Of a stretch of 56,783 nt of DNA, positions 49,570-56,783 are shown piece by piece. Each line of letters opens with the position of its first letter. Position 1 is the first letter of the stretch. The DNA comes from an uncultured virus (IMG/VR IMGVR_UViG_3300031836_000398) (taxonomy: Duplodnaviria; Heunggongvirae; Uroviricota; Caudoviricetes; Herelleviridae), in IMG/VR virus record IMGVR_UViG_3300031836_000398; one strand, written 5' to 3'. The notes beneath the pieces are model-generated. The model was not told the origin of the DNA. It ran no database searches and saw only the letters and a list, made by a program, of their open reading frames with translations. Made by a program: the position numbers and the translations under genes.

Positions 49570-49857
49570 ATGTCTGATTTGCTCATGGTGCCAGCCGGGG
49601 AAAGACGCGTTGTCACAACGGACGAACTCAGGGCGATGCTTGCTCGCGGGGAACAGGTGTTCCTGCCTGAGGCGACAGTCACGGACGAGAGCATCTTGTC
49701 AGAATACGCCGCTGCCGATCGTGCGCGTTTGGACGTAGACGCAGCTGACAATGACATCGTCAGCATCGAGTACGTGCGTGACGACGAGGTTCAGTGCATC
49801 GAGGTTGCTGACGACCGTCACCTGTACATCACGGATGACTTCATTCCGACACACAAC
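49570..49857 (+). other. Split intein C-fragment (about 96 aa, blocks F and G, ends His-Asn; Thr+1 at 49858)
   Basis: Cys at position F4 (VQCIEV); PTHN/T terminus. Confidence 0.9.
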
Positions 49858-51003
49858 ACGAGCAACATTGTGTTCCTCAAGAGCACTGATGACTCGATGA
49901 TTGACACGCTGCAGAAGATGTCCGGTGTTCGGCACCGCGCGTACACCGACTCTAAGACGGTGACCAAGGACATGGAGCGTTTGTTCCTCCAGACCGAGGG
50001 CAAGGTGTCGTACACGATGGCTGTGAAGGAAGAACCCGTCATCAGCTATAACGACATGGCCTTCATCTCAGAGCGCAACAGCATGGTCTTCAGTGCCGGT
50101 AACTCACCGGTGTGGAACCGCAACGAGACGATCCTGCCGATGAGCTGGCGCTTGTTCAAGGACACGATCGTTCATGCGGGTCACGAGTACTCGCTGCAGA
50201 CGATCCCCACGCTGTCATCAGCGTTGGACTTCGATGTGCGGCTCAATCAGCCTGACTTCACCAAGATGCTCGCCAAGCGCATGGCGCAGGCAGAGCGTGC
50301 CGCTGAGGCCAAGGAGCTGTACCAGACGGCGTACAACTACTCGGATTACGACGTCTCGCGACTGGATCCCGACCTGTACTCAGACGAGGTCATGGGTTTG
50401 ATCGAGTCGATGGCGTGGGAGGCAATGGGTATTGACCCTGACGACATGAAGGACGGAGATCACGAGGCTCTTGAGGCTCAGTATGTGATGAACGACGAGG
50501 ACTACGAAGTAAACACCGAGCAGCTCGAGGAAACAGCCCGACGACAGGAGACGAGGGATCGGATGGGACACAAGATCTATGCGGGAGCTACGGTCAGCCG
50601 CGAAATGCTGGTCAACCCCGACGGCAGTGCATTGAAGCACACGCTCGATGCTGAGATTGTGGCAGCGTACAAGGTAGCCAGGCCGCACCTGGAGCGCGAC
50701 ATGGAGTACTTCCGCCTGGGCGCCGATGGTTCGCTGCTCAGCGGTGACGGCACCGAGGCGTACATCTCGAAGCTTGATGAGTCCGACGCCCTGGCCGACG
50801 CTCAGGTAGCTGCCACGGACGCCAACACGCGAGTGTTTGCGGAAGACAACGTGACTGAGAATGCTCATGGTTTGTCGACGTTCGAGGTACACGGGGCGTT
50901 CTACCGGTTCCTGGCGTCGCTGGACACCTGGCAGGGTCTGGCGCAGGGCGAATTTGACCGCGAGATGGTCAAACAGATGCACGTAAAGGACGCCACGATT
51001 TGA
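49570..51003 (+). CDS. virD4: Split-intein C-fragment fused to VirD4 C-extein
   Basis: IVSIEYV...VQCIEV...HLYITDDFIPTHN then TSNIVFLKSTDDSMIDTLQKMSG, which continues the VirD4 C-terminal motif. Confidence 0.88.
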   Translation: MSDLLMVPAGERRVVTTDELRAMLARGEQVFLPEATVTDESILSEYAAADRARLDVDAADNDIVSIEYVRDDEVQCIEVADDRHLYITDDFIPTHNTSNIVFLKSTDDSMIDTLQKMSGVRHRAYTDSKTVTKDMERLFLQTEGKVSYTMAVKEEPVISYNDMAFISERNSMVFSAGNSPVWNRNETILPMSWRLFKDTIVHAGHEYSLQTIPTLSSALDFDVRLNQPDFTKMLAKRMAQAERAAEAKELYQTAYNYSDYDVSRLDPDLYSDEVMGLIESMAWEAMGIDPDDMKDGDHEALEAQYVMNDEDYEVNTEQLEETARRQETRDRMGHKIYAGATVSREMLVNPDGSALKHTLDAEIVAAYKVARPHLERDMEYFRLGADGSLLSGDGTEAYISKLDESDALADAQVAATDANTRVFAEDNVTENAHGLSTFEVHGAFYRFLASLDTWQGLAQGEFDREMVKQMHVKDATI

Positions 51004-51026
51004 GTATGACCGGATAACTACGAATG

Positions 51027-51042
51027 TGCTGGTTTATCAGCA
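51027..51042. promoter_or_regulatory. 16-bp palindromic box (upstream of the RNAP gene)
   Basis: TGCTGGTTTATCAGCA. Confidence 0.7.
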
Positions 51043-51043
51043 C

Positions 51044-51084
51044 AAAAAGAGCCACTTCAACATGCCCGTTGGAGTGGCTCTTTT
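51044..51084 (+). terminator. Intrinsic terminator after virD4-C
   Basis: AAAAGAGCCACTTCAAC...GTTGGAGTGGCTCTTTT. Confidence 0.8.
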
Positions 51085-51161
51085 GCGTTCTAGGTGCGAT
51101 ACTTGATATGTATTCACAAAGCCGAAGCGATTCTTAATCGCTCATATATCAAGGGAAAAGT

Positions 51162-54100
51162 ATGAAAAGTAGCTCAACTGGTTTGCGAAGTTATCTATAC
51201 GAGTACATGTTCTTTCGGACTATCGAGCGAACGCAGCAGAACCTCAGTGAAACGATCCTTATCTCGGAGGCTCGTCGCCTTCGTGATCTGGTGGGCGAGA
51301 AGCTCACCAACCAGGGGTTGTCGATGACCGATAGCGGTCTGAAGGTCACACCGGTACTGCGAGCGATCGAAGAGACCATGCGAGCTGAGGTTCCGGGTTA
51401 CCGGGATCTGTTCTCACAGGCCAAAGACGACGGTGTTCCGTTCTCGGTTGATTCGTTGGGTTACGCCCAACTCAGCCGCGAGTTCATGCGCACGGCAGGT
51501 CTGTCCACGGAACCCTCGGGTGCTGCTGGGCCACGCCTGCCGATTAGCCCCTACGATCCTCGCTGGGCTGTGCGAAGCACGGTCAAGCAGGCTGGTTCCA
51601 ACTTGCTCAACGTTCCCGATCACTTGATCGAAGAAGTTGTGGCTGGAGAGGTCGGTGATCTGGAAAGTTCAGATAGCGAAGCTCTCTATCTCTACGGTTC
51701 CGACCAGGACGACAAGAACGTTGAATTCGGTCGGGCGATGAGCGCCGACGACATGAGCGGCATGGCTGAGCTCATGGGGTTGATGAGCACCCGCGAATAC
51801 AACGATGTTCGACAGTGGATGATCGACGGTGGCCTCGACGGCAACGGTCAGATCGACCACCGCCGTTACATGGGCCCCGACGCCCTCGCGCGTTCGGTTG
51901 CCATCCTCCGCGAACTCGGTGAACAGGGCACGCCCTACACCGTTACTCGCGACCTCAACCCTGGCCAGATCCGGGCCAACATTGAGGGTACAAAGATCGG
52001 CGTTCGCCTGAGCGATACTCGCGACAATGACGACTTTGTCGGGCGGGTCTACGACAACGGGGTAGTCACTCGGTACACCACGAACCGCAAGGTCGCCGGA
52101 ACCGACCGCGTCATGGGCTATACGCCCACCACGGCAGAGAGCGTTGACCTTCTGCGCATGGCACAGGGTCTTCCTGTGCAGCGTTCAGACGGCAAGGGCA
52201 TCATCGGAGCGGTAAACACTCGCTCCGAGCTGGTGTGGGACAAGGCCGTAGGCGACAACATCTACACCGAGATCCAAGACAGCTACCACAGCGCCGGTTC
52301 GGCGATGTTCGTAGTTGGCAATCCGCCAACCGAAGATTTCAACGAGGGTCAGACGTCGCAGGTATTCGTGCGTCGCGACGGCACTCAGCGCAGCGTCAGC
52401 TCGAAGTTCTTTGTTGACCAAGACTCGGCAGCGGCGTACCTCACGTACGGCGTAGAGACTGCTCGCGAGAACTTCATGGATGCCTTGCGTGTCGAGGCGC
52501 TGATTGCGGCTGCTCAAGAGCACGCCGTGGAGGCAGCCGAGGGGGAGTGGTTCCCTGAGTTCGACGGAGACCCCGAAGTTGCGGCTATTCAGCGCAGCTA
52601 CTGGGATGTGTTGCGTGGTGCGCAAGACAACCTTCTTCGTCCCGGCGCAACCGAGGATGCTTACCGCGACAAGGTAGACATCATCGGTGAACTCAGCGTT
52701 GACAACGAGCTGGGTGAAAGCGTCCACGAGTACATCGTTGGCGACATTGCCTACGTCGGTAGCCCCGAAGATCAGATCCGTGCTCACTCCGCTGATGCAC
52801 TGGATTACGTCATCGGTCAGTACGAGCAGCACGAGGTTCCCGACGCCGAGGGGCACTGGCAGTCACAGCGTTTCGACCCGGTACGCCTGGCGAAGTTCAT
52901 GGACAGCGAATACGGCACCTGGCGCAATAACGATGACATCGTGGCTGCGCTTCGGGCCAGTGGTATTCCTGCTGAGGAACTCATGGGTGACAGCTTCTAC
53001 ACGAACACCATCAAGGATCGCCTCATCAAGTTCGACGCGGCTTCGGCTCAGTCGATCGGCGAGATTGAAGACCCGTTCGTGCAGGGTATGGCTGAAACCG
53101 TGCGGGATGCGATTGAACGCAACGGAGCTGCCGTCAATGACGTTGCCGTTGATGCCAACGGCATCGTGTCGTGGAGTGCCGAACGCCAAAGTGGTTTCAA
53201 GGGTAAGACCGAGACGGTCACTGGCCAGATCGGTCAGATCTTCACCCGCGGCGAGTACGGCGAGATCGTGACGAAGTTCGCCGGCGGCGACAACTACCTG
53301 TTCGTTCCGGGCTATGAAGCCGGTATCGCTGTCCAGAAGGTTGGCGAGAACAAGACGGTCGAAGAACGCAGCAAGTTGCGCGGCTACGATCAGATTCTGC
53401 GTGATCAGATCCAGTACCAGGTGTCGTCAGAGATCCTCAGCCAGCGCACCGATCTTGGTGAGCCGACGAGCCTCAACAGCGTGTACCGCCGTCTCTACGA
53501 CGTACGTCACGATGTGGACTTCATCGAGCGCAGCGCAGAAGAAGGTCTCACTCCTGAGTGGCGTGACGCGATTCTCAGCACTGAGGGGCGCCGTGTGCGT
53601 TACCCCAACGCGGTGCGTGATGGTTCGACCATCAACGCCGAGTACCAGGCTGATAAGGGTCGCGGATTGTCGGCAAGCGATCCCGCTAACGACAACACGT
53701 TGGATCCGTGGATTCTCACGGGTCAGCGCAACATGGCGATCATGGGCGAAGAGAGCGATGGCTACTTCGACCCAATGGTGACGTCAGGTTCGATCAACCA
53801 GGGCGTTACGCGCTACTTGGTTGAGGGTGCAGTTGTTTCCGCTGACGGCACGATCGTTCCTGGCGACAAGGACGACCGCACACCGTTGATGAAGCACCCT
53901 GACACCGCTTCGATGCGCTACAACCCCTTCGATCGTCAGCAGATGACCGCAAGCAACCTCATGCGGGCTGCAGCGGTAACTGAGCCGGTTGCAACCGCGA
54001 TGATGACCTTCGGTGGTTGGACGGCAGACGACCCAATGGTGGTCAGCCGTGACTTCGCTCAGAAGCACCAGATTCGTGGCGCCGAGGGCACCATGCGCGA

Positions 54101-56783
54101 TCTGGTTGTGGGCGACAAGCTCAGCGACCTTCACGGCAACAAGGGAGTCATCTCACTGGTTGTCGATCGCGAGATGGATCTCGCGGATGCTCGTGAGCTG
54201 GGTCTCGAGAAAGAGGTCGCGTGGTTCAAGAAGAACAACATCGACGTCATCATGAGCCCGTTCTCGGCTGTATCTCGCTTCAACGGAGGTACTGCTCGTG
54301 AACTCATGGAAAGCGACGCACAGCCGCTTCACCACCCGTTCGTTGATGCGAACGGTGAGACTCGGGAGCCTCTGCATGGTGCTCAGGGTGAGATGCGATT
54401 CGTCGTGACTCACATGGCGGTTGACTCGAAGACGAAGGTCTACGACGACGCTGCTCTGGCTGAGGGACGCGGCCGCAAGGCATCGTCACAGCTGGCGTGG
54501 GCACTTGGGTCGCAGAACTGCGAGAAGGTCATGGCAGAGTGCTATGGCCCCAACAGCACCGCGGTGAGCAACTTCCGCGAGACGTTGATCGCAATGGGCT
54601 TGGACATGGAAGCTGACGGCACTTTGCGCGTCGGATTCGACGACATGGACGAAGCTTCGGAGCGCCGTTTGTTCCCGATGCCTGAGCTGATCCGTACGGA
54701 ACAGCGCAAGTCCATCAACGGTCGCCCACCGGCTCGCCCCGGTTTGAACTTGCGGCTGATGAAGCGTGAGTTCGGAGCGCAGATCGGCAACAAGGGTGGA
54801 GACCTCGAGCTGCCATTCTCGCTGAAGATGCCGTCGGGCTTGCCGACACCTCAGGCAACTGATGCGTCATGGAAGCTGCCGGTGCTCAGTTCGCACCTGC
54901 GCTCGGGTCAAGATCTCGATGATGGTTCCAGCACGGTTCACGATTACACGAACCACTACTTGGCCATCCACGAGCAGTCGTTGAAGTTCCGCTTTGCCCA
55001 GGAGGAATTGAAGGACGAGGCGTTGAGTGCTGAACAGCACAAGCGCCACACTCAGACCCTCACGGAAGCTCCGCGTCTGGCACAGTCTGCCTACGACCGG
55101 ATCACCGAGAGCTTGAAGAGTCGTCGTTTCTCTGGAAAGAGCAACATCTTCAAGGAAGGTCTGATGGCTTCCCGCTTGCCTCACTCGGCTACCGCCGTGT
55201 GGACAAGCGACCCGCGTCTGGACATCGACCAGGTTGCAATGGGCCCGGCTATGGCCGAGGCACTGGGTTTCAAGGAGAACGACCACGCGCTGATCTGGCG
55301 TGACCCGGTTCTGCGTGATGGTGGCGTGCGCTATATGCGCGTTGCGATCGACTCGCGACTGACCGGTGTTGCCATCAACCCGGTAATGGATGCTTGCTTC
55401 GACGGCGACTTCGACGGCGATGCTGTTGCTGTTGTTCGCCTGACCAGTGACGCAGCCAAGCTCGAAGCGATGCAGAAGCTGAGCGTTGAGTCGAACCTGT
55501 TGGACTTGGGCAGCACGCTCGAAGACGGTTCGTACTCGCTGTCAATGCAGGACTCGCTCGACACGAAGGTGTCGCAGCACGTTGACCCTGAGCTGACGGA
55601 ACGCTTCGAGGCGCTACGGATGCGTGCCAACGACGCGAAGTTCGACCTCGACGAAGGCGAGATCGACCAGGCTGCCGCGTGGGACGCGAACAGCGAGATT
55701 CTGGGTGAGCTGAGCGACTACTACCGCGATGCTCTGTCAGGCCAGTTCGGTGATGCCGCGCTGAGCTTTGACGATGTGCCGTCGCACTTGCGGTCGGTCA
55801 TGAGCGCGTGTGTCGAGACCGGCGCTAAGGGTTCAGCCAAGAAGGTGCGCGACTACGCGCGCTACCTTGGCGCTGACCCGGACACGTTTGCTGATCTTGG
55901 TGAGAGCCAGGCTACGCAGGACGACCACGAGGGTGTCATGTACGCCACCGCGATCAAGTCGTTCGGTACTGGTGTCGCCGGCATGTTCTCGCAGCGCGGT
56001 GTGAAGGCACTTCGCAACGAAGAACTGAAGGCCGTACTGGAACTCACCTACCCGGTGACGCAGTCGATTCTGCAGTCAAAGCACGACCCCGCTGAAGCTC
56101 GTCAGAAGTACGAGATGTTGATGGGGCCTGCTCGGGCGCACTGGAAGGGTCGCAAGCTCGACGCCACCGTTGGTGACAACGGTGCTCGTGTCTGGAAGGT
56201 TGCCACCGATGGCAAGGGCAAGGAGATCCAAGCTGACACGGAGACGTGGAAGCGCCAGTTCCAGGAGCTGTACACCGCTGCAGACGGACTCAATGTTCGC
56301 GTCAATGACGAGAACATCGACAAGGTCGCCGCAGCGCTGTCCAAGGACGGCATGGTCATCGACATCGAGGACAAGACCTCGCACGCAGTCGATGCTCCCA
56401 AGCTCGGTTCGACGATGGATCGCCTGGCTTATGGCGGAACGTTTGACGACGTTCTGGCAGCGGCTGCTGAGCGAGAGAACGTCTTCTCGGGAGTGCAGAA
56501 CAGTGGTTTTGCACCTCACGTCATCAAGAAGAACCAGCAGGCCATTGCTGAGTACGACGAGCAGGTCACGGCAGGTTTCGATGCCGAGCTACCTGAGCTG
56601 AGCCCTTTGGTGAAGCGCGACGTTCTGGCTGACCACAACGAACTGAGCCGCGTCAGCGGTGGTGCTGAGGCACCAAGTCCGTTCGTGACAGCCATAGCAG
56701 CACGGCCACGTACGCGGGTTATCCCCGCGCACTCGCCGTCAGTCGTCGATGAGAAAAGCGAGGTCGACGCGCTCTCGCTTTAG
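51162..56783 (+). CDS. Single-polypeptide two-barrel (beta/beta'-like) RNA polymerase
   Basis: Beta-like: RQQMTASNLMRA, GWTADDPMVVS, VGDKLSDLHGNKGVIS, IDVIMSPFSAVSRFNGG, GRKASSQLAWAL. Beta'-like: SGKSNIFKEGLMASR, LIWRDPVLR, AINPVMDACFDGDFDGDAVAV, TGAKGS, YPVTQSILQSKH. Confidence 0.9.
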   Translation: MKSSSTGLRSYLYEYMFFRTIERTQQNLSETILISEARRLRDLVGEKLTNQGLSMTDSGLKVTPVLRAIEETMRAEVPGYRDLFSQAKDDGVPFSVDSLGYAQLSREFMRTAGLSTEPSGAAGPRLPISPYDPRWAVRSTVKQAGSNLLNVPDHLIEEVVAGEVGDLESSDSEALYLYGSDQDDKNVEFGRAMSADDMSGMAELMGLMSTREYNDVRQWMIDGGLDGNGQIDHRRYMGPDALARSVAILRELGEQGTPYTVTRDLNPGQIRANIEGTKIGVRLSDTRDNDDFVGRVYDNGVVTRYTTNRKVAGTDRVMGYTPTTAESVDLLRMAQGLPVQRSDGKGIIGAVNTRSELVWDKAVGDNIYTEIQDSYHSAGSAMFVVGNPPTEDFNEGQTSQVFVRRDGTQRSVSSKFFVDQDSAAAYLTYGVETARENFMDALRVEALIAAAQEHAVEAAEGEWFPEFDGDPEVAAIQRSYWDVLRGAQDNLLRPGATEDAYRDKVDIIGELSVDNELGESVHEYIVGDIAYVGSPEDQIRAHSADALDYVIGQYEQHEVPDAEGHWQSQRFDPVRLAKFMDSEYGTWRNNDDIVAALRASGIPAEELMGDSFYTNTIKDRLIKFDAASAQSIGEIEDPFVQGMAETVRDAIERNGAAVNDVAVDANGIVSWSAERQSGFKGKTETVTGQIGQIFTRGEYGEIVTKFAGGDNYLFVPGYEAGIAVQKVGENKTVEERSKLRGYDQILRDQIQYQVSSEILSQRTDLGEPTSLNSVYRRLYDVRHDVDFIERSAEEGLTPEWRDAILSTEGRRVRYPNAVRDGSTINAEYQADKGRGLSASDPANDNTLDPWILTGQRNMAIMGEESDGYFDPMVTSGSINQGVTRYLVEGAVVSADGTIVPGDKDDRTPLMKHPDTASMRYNPFDRQQMTASNLMRAAAVTEPVATAMMTFGGWTADDPMVVSRDFAQKHQIRGAEGTMRDLVVGDKLSDLHGNKGVISLVVDREMDLADARELGLEKEVAWFKKNNIDVIMSPFSAVSRFNGGTARELMESDAQPLHHPFVDANGETREPLHGAQGEMRFVVTHMAVDSKTKVYDDAALAEGRGRKASSQLAWALGSQNCEKVMAECYGPNSTAVSNFRETLIAMGLDMEADGTLRVGFDDMDEASERRLFPMPELIRTEQRKSINGRPPARPGLNLRLMKREFGAQIGNKGGDLELPFSLKMPSGLPTPQATDASWKLPVLSSHLRSGQDLDDGSSTVHDYTNHYLAIHEQSLKFRFAQEELKDEALSAEQHKRHTQTLTEAPRLAQSAYDRITESLKSRRFSGKSNIFKEGLMASRLPHSATAVWTSDPRLDIDQVAMGPAMAEALGFKENDHALIWRDPVLRDGGVRYMRVAIDSRLTGVAINPVMDACFDGDFDGDAVAVVRLTSDAAKLEAMQKLSVESNLLDLGSTLEDGSYSLSMQDSLDTKVSQHVDPELTERFEALRMRANDAKFDLDEGEIDQAAAWDANSEILGELSDYYRDALSGQFGDAALSFDDVPSHLRSVMSACVETGAKGSAKKVRDYARYLGADPDTFADLGESQATQDDHEGVMYATAIKSFGTGVAGMFSQRGVKALRNEELKAVLELTYPVTQSILQSKHDPAEARQKYEMLMGPARAHWKGRKLDATVGDNGARVWKVATDGKGKEIQADTETWKRQFQELYTAADGLNVRVNDENIDKVAAALSKDGMVIDIEDKTSHAVDAPKLGSTMDRLAYGGTFDDVLAAAAERENVFSGVQNSGFAPHVIKKNQQAIAEYDEQVTAGFDAELPELSPLVKRDVLADHNELSRVSGGAEAPSPFVTAIAARPRTRVIPAHSPSVVDEKSEVDALSL

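Larger units (their letters stand above)
1..56783. mobile_element. Segment of a large actinobacterial conjugative plasmid or ICE
   Basis: ParM-type partition, TA pair, Xer-type resolvase, topoisomerase, T4SS, relaxase and coupling protein; no housekeeping genes; LAxTG sorting signal. Confidence 0.85.

Noticed and set aside
186..51042. 16-bp palindrome as a LexA/SOS box
   Set aside because: It matches neither the actinobacterial TCGAAC-N4-GTTCGA nor the proteobacterial CTGT-N8-ACAG pattern.
51162..56783. Host rpoB-rpoC fusion or chromosomal fragment
   Set aside because: Far shorter than RpoB plus RpoC, highly diverged motifs (DGDFDGD versus NADFDGD), an unrelated N-terminal half and no ribosomal-protein context.

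Overview
A ~57-kb segment of a large actinobacterial (high-GC Gram-positive) conjugative element, most likely a plasmid; no Rep gene or chromosomal housekeeping gene is visible. The + strand backbone carries a ParR/ParM-like partition pair, a LAFTG-anchored surface adhesin, an RHH regulator, a helicase-nuclease, a Xer-type recombinase with a dif-like site, a type IA topoisomerase, a divergent Gram-positive T4SS block, a MobL-type relaxase, a ClpB-like AAA+ ATPase and a VirD4 coupling protein. A - strand cluster (6.3-11.8 kb) holds ssb, small hypothetical genes and a frameshifted secreted nuclease; a RES/Xre toxin-antitoxin pair lies at 16.4-17.4 kb. Most striking: (1) a 1873-aa single-chain two-barrel RNA polymerase with beta and beta' motifs in cellular order; (2) VirD4 split into two genes by a naturally split class 3 (Ala1, WCT) intein, with HNH and zinc-ribbon/Vsr-like nuclease genes between the halves; (3) a ~200-nt tRNA-shaped RNA whose anticodon loop is replaced by a 136-nt rod; (4) a 16-bp palindrome in 13 backbone promoter regions, including both VirD4 halves and the RNAP gene; (5) a different GC-rich motif upstream of - strand units, a candidate promoter for the element's own polymerase. 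All calls come from reading motifs by eye; no searches were run.
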